Below are positions 48,539 to 60,589 of a stretch of DNA of 64,000 bases, one piece after another; within the stretch, counting starts at the first letter, position 1; each line of letters opens with the position of its first letter. This stretch comes from Paraspadella gotoi (taxonomy: Eukaryota > Animalia > Chaetognatha), in contig CM119265.1 in NCBI GenBank assembly GCA_051294375.1, positions 12,265,866-12,329,865 on the forward strand, given 5' to 3'. The notes below the pieces were generated by a model that did no database searches, was not told where the DNA came from, and saw only the letters and a program-made list of their open reading frames with translations. The position numbers were made by a program, and so were the translations under genes.

Positions 48539-51025
48539 ATGTCTCGCCAAGCTGTTTCAGATGCCTTAGCGATGATAAAAGGCATGGAAAGAGTGGGCAA
48601 GCAGACGGCGAAGCTTCAAGCTGACATCCTGGAAAAAGCTGTTGAGGGAACGCCCGTACACGCTCCATTGAAACAAGCGAGAACCGAGATTGAGAATATC
48701 TTGAACAATGTAGAGGTGGCTCGACCGGAGATCGAGAGCAAGCTGCAAGATAGCCTTTCTCAGACTCTGGACTCAACATCGTCGGCCGCCATGCAAGTAC
48801 AGTCACTGGCAGATATCGCCGCTCAGCAGGCAAACGTGACTGTACAAGGGGCTGGCCACGTGGCACAACACGTGGCGCAATCGGCGCAGAAGGCATCGCA
48901 AGACGTCGTTAACGAGTTCAGTTCGAATGGAGTCGCTGGACTGGCGAACGTGGCAACTACACAGGCCGCCGCCATATTTGATGGTTTGCAACAATTATCT
49001 CGATCCGCGACGTTGCAGACTGAGAAAGAGAAATCCGAAGCGGGAGAGAGCGAATCCGACGCAATCTTGAAAGAGGAAATGATGAAGTGGGAGGAAGAGT
49101 TGGCCCGTACACCGGCAGCGACAACGGAACCCGAGTCAATGACCGAATCAGCCATGTCCTACGAGGAAGTGGCGGAAAATTCCCCTCCCTTATCTGATTC
49201 CGCCAAGTTGACCGAGGAAGAAATTGCTAAATTTCAGGAAGAAGCTAGGAAAATGGCAGAATCGATGGCTGGAACCTCAACGACGGACTTCACTCAAAAG
49301 AGAAAGTATTCTACTTGGTCAGCATTTTCTTCTCTCGCCGCCGCTAACCGAAGGCTGCATTTCGGGCGCTTTAACGCCTTGCCGTTTGCAAACTACGGAA
49401 TAGAAAGGCACCTTTTTTTGTCTTCTGTGTTGAACCCAGTCGCAGCCCATTCCTCTCTGTTATTAGCTGTTAACCAGATCGGAATTGCGGCCCACAGGCT
49501 TGACTTTAGCGCCATGGACACTGATAGTCAAAACAAAAATACTAAAACGCCAATCAAGCCTCCAAAAGCGTCAGATTTAAAATTAAAAAAAAATCGCCCC
49601 AAGTTGTCGGATCAGTCTAGGGAAAATCGAGTTCCTTCGGGCAGAATGGAGCGGCTCGCGTCTTATGGGGGTCTTGGCGCGGGATTAGCCGTCGGCGCTA
49701 TCGCAGAAATTACTAAACGAGCTGTCGGAATATCCGCGAAAAAGGCCGATGGGGCGGACAGTTCCATCTTTGATGCTTCAGTCATTCTCAGTGCTGCAAA
49801 CGCGGAGCGCATTGTCAACACGCTTTGCAGGGTCCGCGGCGCTGCGCTCAAACTCGGCCAGATGCTCTCCATCGCCGACAACAGTCTGATTTCGCCAGAG
49901 CTACAGGCTATTTTTGAACGCGTTCGTCAAGGCGCCGACTTTATGCCGTGGAACCAAACCGAGTCTCAGCTGGAATCCCAACTGGGTAAAGATTGGAGGG
50001 AAAAGGTGGCCTCTTTCGACGAAAAACCCTTCGCTGCTGCCTCCATCGGCCAGGTCCATTTGGCGGAGTTGCATAACGGAAAGACGGTCGCCGTCAAAAT
50101 TCAGTATCCGGGAGTGGCGGAGGGAATCGACAGCGACATCACCAATCTCGTTGCCATCCTCAGTGGCACTCGTCTCGTTCCTGAAACGCTTTTTTTGGAC
50201 GAGATGATGCGCGTCGCTCGGAGGGAAATGGCTTGGGAGGTCGACTACCGCCGCGAAAAGGCGGCCTACGTGCGCTTTCGAGAATTTTTGCAGGATGATC
50301 CCGTGCTGCACGTCCCTCAAGTAATCGACGAATTGAGTTCGTCCAGAGTGTTAACAACTGAGTTTGTAGAAGGTATACCGCTCGACATGGTCGCCGAGAT
50401 CGAAAGCCAAGAAACGCGAAACTTGGTGGGCGAAAGCATTTTACGTCTGACTCTGAAAGAACTTTTTGAGTGGAGATGCATGCAGACTGATCCTAACTAC
50501 GCGAATTTTTTGTTCGGAGCAGAGGAAAATAAAATCGGGCTTTTGGACTTTGGGGCCAGTAGATACTTCACGACGAAATTCGTGGACGATTACGTTCGCA
50601 TCATTAACAGTGCCGCTATCGGTGACCGTGACGGAATTCTGCATTGGAGCAAGGAAGTCGGGTTTCTTACCGGGTATGAGGCGGCGCCTTTGCTCGATGC
50701 CCACGTCGACGCCATCATGATTCTGGGCGAAGCCTTTCAAAAAGACGCTCCATTTGACTTTGGCAATGCCAACACGGTCGCTCGAATTACCAACATTATC
50801 CCCGCAATCTTGGCGCACAGGTTGACGCATCCACCCGAAGACGTTTATTCTCTTCACCGAAAAATGGCAGGCGTATTTTTACTGTGCACAAAACTGAAGT
50901 GCAACATGAATATTAAACATCTTTGGGATAATATCTGGTCTCAGTACGAATTCGGCCGGGCCGATCTGCCGGAAGCTTTGGCTCAAAAGGCCGATGTCTG
51001 CGCCCAGTCGCTGCCAGGAAATTAA
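48539..51025 (+). CDS. COQ8: Atypical kinase COQ8 (ADCK3/4, UbiB family), single coding exon
   Basis: Motifs VRGAALKLGQMLS (KxGQ), FAAASIGQVH, VAVKIQYPG, MQTDPN, LLDFGA, YSLHRK. ATG 48539 was chosen on context; 48512 is an alternative. Confidence 0.95.
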   Translation: MSRQAVSDALAMIKGMERVGKQTAKLQADILEKAVEGTPVHAPLKQARTEIENILNNVEVARPEIESKLQDSLSQTLDSTSSAAMQVQSLADIAAQQANVTVQGAGHVAQHVAQSAQKASQDVVNEFSSNGVAGLANVATTQAAAIFDGLQQLSRSATLQTEKEKSEAGESESDAILKEEMMKWEEELARTPAATTEPESMTESAMSYEEVAENSPPLSDSAKLTEEEIAKFQEEARKMAESMAGTSTTDFTQKRKYSTWSAFSSLAAANRRLHFGRFNALPFANYGIERHLFLSSVLNPVAAHSSLLLAVNQIGIAAHRLDFSAMDTDSQNKNTKTPIKPPKASDLKLKKNRPKLSDQSRENRVPSGRMERLASYGGLGAGLAVGAIAEITKRAVGISAKKADGADSSIFDASVILSAANAERIVNTLCRVRGAALKLGQMLSIADNSLISPELQAIFERVRQGADFMPWNQTESQLESQLGKDWREKVASFDEKPFAAASIGQVHLAELHNGKTVAVKIQYPGVAEGIDSDITNLVAILSGTRLVPETLFLDEMMRVARREMAWEVDYRREKAAYVRFREFLQDDPVLHVPQVIDELSSSRVLTTEFVEGIPLDMVAEIESQETRNLVGESILRLTLKELFEWRCMQTDPNYANFLFGAEENKIGLLDFGASRYFTTKFVDDYVRIINSAAIGDRDGILHWSKEVGFLTGYEAAPLLDAHVDAIMILGEAFQKDAPFDFGNANTVARITNIIPAILAHRLTHPPEDVYSLHRKMAGVFLLCTKLKCNMNIKHLWDNIWSQYEFGRADLPEALAQKADVCAQSLPGN

Positions 51026-51338
51026 ACTGAATGGTTCACCTGCGATTATGTGCAAATTTTAATACTCTTGCTTTTATTTGTTAAGGATAATATATAGCAA
51101 CAAAAGAATTAAATAAAATATGTAGAACTTAAAAACGAGATTTGGTTTTATATTCTTTATCGACTCGTGATTTATTATTTTAAGTTGACTTTGATCCTGT
51201 CAAATGAAGGTTCCGTTGAAACGATGATTAAAAGTTGTTTTTTTTTCAAATTCATATATATTTAATTTTTTGTTGATTGTTGTGAATTTATTTCTTTACG
51301 CTCTCCAAGGCGCTTTTCAAGTAAAATAAGACAGAAAT

Positions 51339-53604
51339 ATGAAGTGGCTTTTACTAAAGGAAGTTCATGATGAAAATGATCGTTATACAGAGTATCGTCC
51401 GTTATCACAATTGGAAAGCTTCACTTTATCTAATGTTCTGAAAACAGTCAATGCCTTCTTAAATGCTGGTAAGGCTTTTAACTTTTCTATAAATCTATAC
51501 TCCAGTCATACTCAAGTAGAGTTTAGGCGGGAATAGATATTATTCTTTGTAAATAAAAGCAATTTTATGATACTGGGAACCAACATTCTATTTGATAAAA
51601 ATTGATTGTTTTTTTAAGTTTTTTAGTCGGATCTGCTTATCAGCAGATTACAACTCTATAAACTATAATCCACTTTGTCGGTCCGTTGGTCCCACCACTA
51701 AATCTTTTCGGTAAATCATTATTATTATATCAAAATTTCGAATTATGATAAATTATGCCAAAAAAATGTTCGTCTGTCTGTCTGAAGGTCCGTCCCACCC
51801 TTTCGTTAAACCCCAATTACTGGTGATTGGGCGGATGGATTGGAATGAAATTTTGTGTGTGTGTATGTGTAGGAAAGTGTGTTATTGAGCTGGATATAAA
51901 GTTTAGATGTAATCGTGCGAGTGGAAATGAGTTTAAATGGAAAATACAAAAGTCATATTTACTTAAAGGATTTTTACTTATAATATATGTATATATAAGT
52001 TATATTTACTCATAATTATTTTATTTATTAAAAATTGGATAGATAAATTGTATTGAAATTTTGTGTGTGGGAAGGAAAGTATATAATTAAGCTGGAATCG
52101 TAGTTGTGAAAAAGAGTTTAAATTATAAAACCAAAAGCCACATTTATTTGAATTTTTAAAACAATTCTCTATCTCTCTCCGATTGATTGTTTGATTGAGC
52201 AAATTATGCCAGTTGACCAAATTATTCAAGTGACCAAATTCTGCAAGTTGACCAAATTATGCCAGTTGATAAAATTCTGATAATTGACCAAATAATGTCA
52301 GTTGACCAAATGATGCTAGTTGATCAATTTAAGCAAGTTGACCAAATTATGCCAGTTGACCAAATTACATCAATTGACCAATTCATGCCAGTTTACCAAT
52401 TTTTATCAATTTTCCTAATTAAGCCAGTCTACCAAATTTTGCCAGTTGACAAAATTACGTCAATTGACCAAATTATGCCAGTCTACCAAATTAAGCCAGT
52501 TGTCCAAATTATGCCAGTTGCATTATTTTGTCAACTGGCGTAATTTGTTTAAGTTTATTAAATTATGCAAGTTGTCCGAATTATGCAAGTAGACCAAATT
52601 ATGAAAGTTGAAAAAATTATGTCAGTTGACAAAATAATGCCAATTGACAAAATTGGCGCAGCTACTGGAAATGATTGATAGGTTTATATATTTATATATA
52701 TAGGTTTATAGTTTTTTTCATAGATTTATTAAGAAGTCTGTAATGATTTATGTTACGATTTGTTATGATTAAAATTACCGTGATTTATCATCGGATTAGC
52801 ATATTACCTCTTAATTATCGTAGGCAGATACGACATTGTTTGCTCAAACTTGTTTGTGCTTGTGCCAAGGTTTAACTCGATATTTTACGTCTAAAAATGG
52901 CTGTATGTTTAACTAATAGTGATAGTATAACAAATAAAAAATTTTATACAGGTATTAATGGAACTGTAATACTCGGAATATACGGTTTCCCGGTGAAGCA
53001 AGTTCATGGTTTCGTAATGAGCGAGAATGTCCGTCAAGATTTCGGAGACAAAATTCGAGATGCTTTGTCTCATCGTTTTTCCCCTTCGGTGCCGAACGAA
53101 TTAGTGGAGGTCAAGTTTGAGCAAGGTCGGGCTCGAGAAGCATCTTACACGGACTTTCCTTATTTGATAATATTCGTTAAACTCAGTTTACGAAGAACGT
53201 CTTGTCGATGACAAAAACACGCCCGTTCCGATTCCGGAAACTTTCGTCGTGGAAGTCTTCGTTCGTCGCGCGAAGGAGGGAAACTTTTTTAAACTTCTCG
53301 ACGATTGCCGCCATCATTATCGAGACGGGGCCAATAATCTACCATCGAAGTTCGAGGAAATGCTTACTTACCGCGATCGAGACGATGCAGCCGAGTATGA
53401 CCGAAAACGCGGCATTTATTCCGGGGAGGTGCATAAGCGATAGAAAATAACCTTCTCGTATTTTATTTTAGTATTTTCTAATTACTATTCCTCTCTCAGA
53501 CCAATTCTGATCTGACCTTGCCGCTGGCCAAGTTTGGCGCCAAACGCTTAGGGAGATCGAAAATTCACAACGCCAAGATTGATACCATGCGAGCTTATGT
53601 GCAG
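51339..53604 (+). CDS. Schlafen/AlbA_2-domain protein, 3' end lost in or after the gap
   Basis: Phase-consistent exons 51339-51468, 52952-53125, 53187-53428, 53500-53604. Reads ENDRYTEYR...KTVNAFLNAGINGTVILGI...VHG...FSP...FVVEVFV...YRDG, the AlbA_2 pattern (E..EFK, AFLN..GG...IG, V.G, V.E..V, R.G). Confidence 0.75.
51619..52660 (+). mobile_element. Helentron/DINE-1-like non-autonomous element with an internal 18 bp tandem repeat, copy 1
   Basis: Begins TTTTAGTCGGATCTGCTTATCAGCAGATTACAACTCTATAA (hairpin), then GTC-rich microsatellite-like tracts; (GTTGACCAAATTATGCCA)n at ~52195-52650. A second copy starts at 60876. The family assignment is by architecture only. Confidence 0.6.
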
Positions 53605-53696
53605 GTATTAATTTTTTGTTTGTTTTATGTTTAAAAATATACTATTACACTCATGTACCAAAAAAAACAAAAAAAACGCGCCACTTTATAACTTTA

Positions 53697-53721
53697 NNNN
53701 NNNNNNNNNNNNNNNNNNNNN
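53697..53721. other. Assembly gap
   Basis: Run of N. Confidence 1.
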
Positions 53722-55577
53722 GATCGCTTATATCTGCTTACTAACTACTAAAAAACTATTAACTACTTAACTAAACATAATAAAAAAATTTCATGGACAC
53801 ATTTTCCTTTTTAATTACCTTTTATTCTCATTTTTTCCTTTCATTTATTCCCTCATTTGTTGTCCATTTTTATCTTCTCCACTTTCGTCCGCCAAAGTGA
53901 TGTCTCGTGAAACAATATTTTCGGTTAAAAGAGCTCAGAACCCACAAAGGACGTCCGCGTTCGCCAGTATTGCTCAAGATATTTGTTTTACTATAATTTG
54001 TTTTTTTGGTCTTTGAAGGAAGAGGGAAATAGCAATGGTCTCGCCTTCCAGACTTTTAGTTGACTTGTAGTGAGAAAAAAGGGAAAGAATGCCGGATGGG
54101 GATTAAAAAAAAAGGGGCAAAAAATTTCCGATGGGAAACCGATAGGAATCGAGAGATTGGAACAAAAGGACAGAGAAGCGGAATAGAATATAACTTCATG
54201 ATTTACATAAAATAAAGAGATTGAATCGGATTTAAAAAACGCACAGCGAGACTAAGAGAGGTCCTTTCGGAAATCTGCTGTTGGATATTACCAAGGACTG
54301 ACGGAGCCCCGTTTTTAAAGCTGATGCAAAAAAACTTTCACCTGTATCGCCTAACTTTGAAAAGAGGTCAAGAAAATATTAATCGTGAAATATGTTGTCA
54401 ATAAAGAAGAATACTTTTTTATTTACAAATCGTATTTTAGAATTTGATTTTTTTTTTATTGCACGCTCATTATATATCTTAAGTGTTAGTTAAAGTTTTT
54501 TGTCAGGAAAGAAAAATAAAAAAAATAAGGTTGGCTAAACGGAAAAAGAAGCCCCGAATTCTTTTGTGCATGTCTTGACCTATGTGTCGAAAAAATTGGC
54601 AGCGGCTTGTTGGCAGGAAAGGCATATAAGTGTGAAACAAGGATACGTTATAAATCTAAAGAGAATAAAAAGCACCACACAGGAAAAAATAAATATCGTT
54701 GTTGTCGGCTCAAGCTGTGTTGGAATAGTTGAAAAAAAAGTTAAGGATAATAAAAGTCTTAGTTTATTTTGAAAAAAACGTTTTAAAAATGAAATTCCTA
54801 TCTTAGAATATCACTTGAGAAAAGAAAATGAAAACACCGACAACGGAAAGAAGGAAAGCATAAAAAATCAAACTACGATTCTTCCAGGATATAAAAGCTT
54901 TAATCTTTGCCACGATGTCCTAGTGGGAACTTCTGGGCGCAGTAATGGGCTCGCAGGAAAGGCTGTGGTCAAGCGTCTTCGACAGGCTCTAACGAGGGAC
55001 GTGGGATAATTAGTGCCTCGAGGCCGATTGCGAGAAAGGAAAAATATCCGATGCTTCAGATGTTTTCTTTTACCGATTTCCTTTCCTTAAGACGCGATAC
55101 CCATTCGAATAGCCCTGGAAACCGTTTCTTTCTTCCCCCTTCCCTTCACCCTTCTCCTTCACCTGTCTTCTCCCCCTTCTCCTTTCCCCTTCTAGTTCTC
55201 CTTCTCCTTCTCCCCTTTCTTTCTTCTCCTTCCCCCTTCCTCTTCCTCCTTCTCCTTTCTCCTTCTCCTTCACCCTTCTCCTTCCCCCTTCTCCCTTCTC
55301 CTTTCTGCCTCTCACCCTTCTCTTTCTCGCTTCCCCCCCTTTTCCCCCTTTCCCCCTTTTTTCCTCCCCCTTTATACCCGCTTTCTGAAGTCCTCAACGC
55401 CGCAACCCTAAAGAAGATCCTAAAGATAATTTGATTTTAAACGAATTTAAAAAGAAAATTTTTGGCGTAGAGCGTTTGGTTCATTGAGTATACTCAGCTT
55501 ACCCGTCTCTCTCTCTCTCTCTCTCTCTCTCTCCCCTCTCTCTCATCTCTCTCATCTCTCTCTCTTCTCTCTCTTCT

Positions 55578-55613
<36 letters not shown>

Positions 55614-56339
55614 TCTGTCTCGCATCATATCGATCGTTAACTTTTTTCCGTTTATTTAAGGAGGAAAAATGAGGGAAAAATGTTTCCTTAACTATTAATC
55701 ACAGAAGCCCGAGTTTGAGTGTGAATGCGTGGTTTCGACTGTGTGTCATACTGGTTTGTGCGCGCGACGAGTTTCAAGGTTGTGTGCTGACCCGCATCGT
55801 TCGCCTCCCCTTTATTTTCTTTCCGCGGTCTAACCGCTTTAAGTTGGAAACGTTCGCCATCTTTTCTTGTACAAACTGCCCGTGTTTTTTTTAAATTATC
55901 CCTTCAAACGGCGGATGCTGTGCGAAATTTAATAATACTTTCAATATTTTTTTAATGGAGAGGGTTTACGAGATTGACAATAACGGGATGACCCCATTAC
56001 GTTTCGTTGATTTAAAATAATAAACATTTCTTGTCTCTCAACCGAAACGGATTTTATTTAAATACATTTAGTTTTTAAATTCCCAGTAAAGTATTTCGCA
56101 TTTCGTTTTTTTTAAAGCGTCTATCCGATTGCTAAATTCTAATTTTTTCTGACTTCGCGTTTGGCTTTGATTCGACCGTAGAAGTTTTGACCAAACCAGG
56201 AAAAAAAATTGAAAAAAAAAAAAAAAAAAAGAGAATTTAAATTGTGATTCGCAGGGAAAATAAGAAAAAAAAGTTGAATCTTTCCGCCTGCGTGGATTTC
56301 AACAGATGCGCGTGGTTCTTTTTATTTAAAAAAGAATGA

Positions 56340-59110
56340 AAAAAGAAGAAAAAGATTAAGGAAAAGATATTAAAAGATAAAGAAAAAGAAAAAGATAAAA
56401 AGAAAACACAAAAAGAAAATATAAAGGAAAAGAAAAAGGAAAAGATATAAAAAAAGATGAGAAAAATAAAAAGATAAAAAGAAAACTGAAAAAATAAAAA
56501 TATAAAAGAAAACAGAAAAAGAAAAGAAAATTAGGAAAAAGAAAAGGATTAAGAAAAGAGAAAAAAAAGGATAAAAGAAAAAAGATAAAAGAAACAAGAA
56601 AAAAAAAGAGAAAAGAAAAGAATAAAAAGAAAAGATAGAATAGAAACAGAAAAATATGCGGCAAAGGAAAGAGAAAAATATTTATGCCCGACAACTGCAC
56701 GTCGTTTTAAAGCAAAACCTTAAAAAAATGGTAGTAGAAGGGAAGACAACGAGAAGAATAAAGAAATAAAAAGAAAAGAAAAAAGAACGAAAGAAAAAGG
56801 AAAAAAAGAGAAGGGAAGGGGACAAGAGGAAGAAGAGAAGAGGGAAGAGAAGAAAAAAGAAGGAGGGAGGGAGGGGGAAGGATAAAAGGTGTGGTGGGGA
56901 AAGGAAAACGTGGTCATGGACAAGTGAGCAATGAGAAAAGGGGAGGCGGGAGAGAAACGTAAGGGAGCTGGTGGAATGTAGAAACAAGGAGGCGAGGGGA
57001 CAAGGTAGGGGAAGTAGGGAGGTGAGGATGGGGGAAGGATAAAAAGAAAGCAAAGAGAGGAAAGGACAATGGGAGAAGGGAATACGCGGAGGAAGGGGGG
57101 AAAAGAGTATGAGGAGGGAAAAGAGAAAAAGAAGATAAAAAGGAAGGAATAGAAAAGCAGAAGAAGAGAAGCAGGGGCGGGAGGGGGAAGAGAGAGAAGG
57201 AATAGGAGAACGAGAAGAGGGAGGGGGAAGGAAGAGAACAGGAAGAAAGGTGTAAAAACGGAGGGAGAGTAAACGGAAGAAGGGAGGTGAAAAGAGCGAG
57301 AGGGAGACAGGGGACGGGGAAAAAGGAAAGGGGGAGCATGAGGAAAAAGAGGAGGGGAAGGAAAAGAGGAAGGGAGGAGGGAGAGAGGGAAAAAAAGAGG
57401 GAAAGAAAAAAGAAAGGGAGAGAAGAAGAGAAAAGAGAGATAAAGGAAGGGAGGGAGAGGAGGAGAGAAGGGGAAGGGAAAGGGGAAAAAAAAGAGGGGG
57501 AGACAGAAGAGGAGAGGGAGAGAAGGAAGGGGGAAAGGAAGATGGAAAAAAGGAAAGAGAAGAGAGAGAAGAGAGGGGTGCGAAAAAGGAAGGAGAGGGG
57601 AAGTAGACTAAATAAAGAAAGGAGAAAAAGAAAGGAGAAGGGGGGAAAGGGCGGGAATAGGGAAGGGTGGTAGAGAAGAAGAAGGGAGAAAGTGAGGGGG
57701 GGAAAAAAGGGAGGGAGAATGGGGCGGGAAAAAAAAAGATAAAGACGGGGTAGGAAGAGGGGTGGCGAGAGGGGGCGGAAGGAGAAAGGGGGAGGGAAAA
57801 AGGCTAAAAGGGCAAGAGAGGGACTCGAAGAAAGAAGGATAGAGGGAGGAGAGGAGAGAAATGGAAGAAACGGAATGGAACGAAGCGAAAAGAGTCGGAA
57901 AGGAAGACAGACGCAGCGGAGAAAAGGTGTGAGGGAAAGAGCTAGGAGCAGAGAAAGAAAGACAGTAAAGGAGGGTGAAAAGCAAATGATGAGAAGAGGA
58001 CATAGGGAGGAGACAGACAGAGGGGAGGAAACGGAAGGGGGAAGAGAGGGGAAAGAAAGGAGAAGAGGTGACAGAAAGAAGGGAAAGATGGAGGGATCAA
58101 GAACACTGAGGAAAAAAAAGAGGGGGGGGAAGGGGGTAGAAAGGAGGCGAAGGAAAAGAATGGAAAGCAGAGGACTGGAAGTATGAAGAAGGGAGGGAGA
58201 GAAGAGGAGAAGAAAGAGCAAGGAAAAGTGAACAGGAATAGGGCAAGACGAAGAAACAGAGAGCAAGCAAAAAAGACGCGTGTGGTGGGAGAGAGGAGGG
58301 ATGCGAAGAATGATGCGGGAAAGAAAGGAGGAAAAGAAAGAGAAGAGGAAAAAGGGAGGGAGAAAGAGGCAGAAAAAAGGGAAAGAAAGGAAGGAGAGAA
58401 GGTGGGAAAGGGAAAGAAGGAAGAAAAAGGAGAGATGAGAAGGGGAGGAGGAAGTAGGAAGGAAAAAGAAAAGGGGAATGGCTGGGGGCGGGGGGGGGGG
58501 GGGGGGGGGGGGGGGGAAGGGGGTGGGGGAGGGGGGGGGGTGGCGGGGGGGGGGTTGGGGAAAAAAAAGGGAGCGGGGGGGGGGGGGGGGGTCGGGGCGG
58601 GGGGCGCGATGGGGCTGGGGGGGGGGGTTGGGGGGTTGGCTGGGAAGTGGGGGGGGGGGGGGAGGGGGGAAAAAAAAAAAAAAAAAAAATGGGGGAGGGG
58701 CAAGGGGGAGGGGGAGGGGGGCGGGGGGGAGGAAAAAACAAAAAAAAAAAAAAAAAGAGGAAAGAAAAAAAGAAAAGAAAAAGAGAAAAAAAAAAAAGAA
58801 AAAAGGAAAAGAGAAAAGGGAAACTGTTTCTTTGTTCTCGCGAGAGCGGTGTCCGGTCGCTTCTCGGGTCCTCGCGCCCGCGGGCGGGAGGAGGAGTAGA
58901 GAAGAGCGAAAGAGACAAGAGTAGGTAGAGAGGGTGTTAAAGGATAATAGAAAGAAAGAGACGGTTAAGGAAATAGAGAGGTAAGGGAGAAAGAGAGTGA
59001 TGTGGCTGGTTGGGGTAAAGGAGTTGGAATATGAGAAGAAGTAAGAAGAATAAGTAGAAGTAAAGTGAAAGTAGGGAGGTAGGAGATACAGGGTAGGGAA
59101 AGTGGTGATA
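56340..59110. repeat. Purine-rich low-complexity tract with poly-G/poly-A, probably low-quality sequence
   Basis: Almost only A and G with no periodicity; long homopolymers at 58490-58800. Confidence 0.8.
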
Positions 59111-60589
59111 GAAGAGCTGAAAGATTAAAAAGTTAAACGTTTACATTTTTGCGAGACGGAAAGTCGTGTGAGTAGGAATATGAGGTCAATTGCGAGTGGA
59201 GAAGAAAATAACCATTTATAGTCAGCATTTACTAAAAATATTTTACTTATCTAGTTAACCAATTTAAGTACTCGTTAATTATCAGGTGAATTGGAAAATG
59301 GATAGAAAGATTTGAGTTCAAATTGGTGCGGTAGAAAAATGTTGTAACGGAATGCTTGATATATAAAGTTTGGTGGAAACGTTACGAAAGTGAGAAAAGT
59401 TTAAATAAAAAAAAAGCACATTTACTTAATCTTTTTACTTAACTCGATGAGATGAAATTTTGTGAGACGGGTAGAGAGAGAGAGAGCAGAACAAGTTTGC
59501 AGCAAGAGCTCAATGGTTCTCGGATCTTGCCTACGATAATTAATTTGAATGTAATTGAGTTAATTAATTAATTATAGGATATAATTAATATATCGATTAA
59601 TTAATTAATTTAATATGTAATAATTATTTAATTTATATTCAAGCCTATGTCATCATCGATGTCCTTAAAATGTGTAGGACAGTTATTAAATATGTTTTGT
59701 TTACATTTTATCAAAAAACAAACAAAATATCCTCTATTTTATTCTTGTCTCTTTCCCTCTCTTCCTTCTCTCTCTGCTTTTTTTTTATCCAATGGCGACG
59801 ATTCTTTATGCTTTTAAGATTTTTTTAACATGCATATTTTTTCACATTAATTAATTAATTAATTAATTAAAACATTTATTAGGTAATCATTAATATTAAA
59901 GATTCAAGAAATGTGACTTAGTTTTTTTTCCATCTAAACTCATTTCCACTGCACAATTCCATCAAAACTTTAAATAATTATTATTATATAAAGCTTCAGT
60001 GCAACAAACCCAATGAACTAATTCAAAAAAATACATTGAAAACCGATTTAGTTTGTAAAAGAAAAAAAAAAATTTTAAAGAGAACTAGAAGTTATAAAAG
60101 TGTTTAATTTGGCCCACCTTATTAGATATTAGGCCGGAACAGGTTGAAAACTAGAAGTTCTCTCAAATATAATAATGGTTAAGCGACTATTAAAATAATA
60201 TGAAAATGCAAATAATTTCGAAAACTTTGCTTATCAATTTTTTTATGATCTGATAGAGCTTTAATATTAATACAAACTTTTTAAATTTTTTTGGATTTTT
60301 ATTAATGAAAAATTAAAAAATAAAATTCAGCCAATAATGATGATGATTTTTTAAAGTTTTTTTCTATTTTTACAATTTATTGTCAAAATTTGACAAAAAA
60401 TTATAGTACTAACTTTCATTTAACTATTTTAAGCTTACAAGAACCCTTAAAAAATTCAACATTTTTAAAATTTTTTTTGTCATTTGTTATATATTAATCA
60501 ATATTTAAAGGCTTCAGTGCAACAACCCATGAACTAATTCAAAAAGTTACATGAAAACGATTTAGTAGTAGAAGGAAAAAAGAAATTTT

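Noticed and set aside
52195-52650. 18-bp repeat array resembling a CRISPR or a repeat protein (ORF 52259-52543, VDQIMP repeats)
   Set aside because: Units are contiguous with no unique spacers and no cas genes. It lies in an intron inside a dispersed element whose second copy has the same repeat at ~62100.
55051-58928. Long F/L/S/P-rich and R/K/E/G-rich ORFs up to 450 aa
   Set aside because: They are by-products of purine/pyrimidine strand-biased low-complexity, probably low-quality sequence that lacks stop codons.
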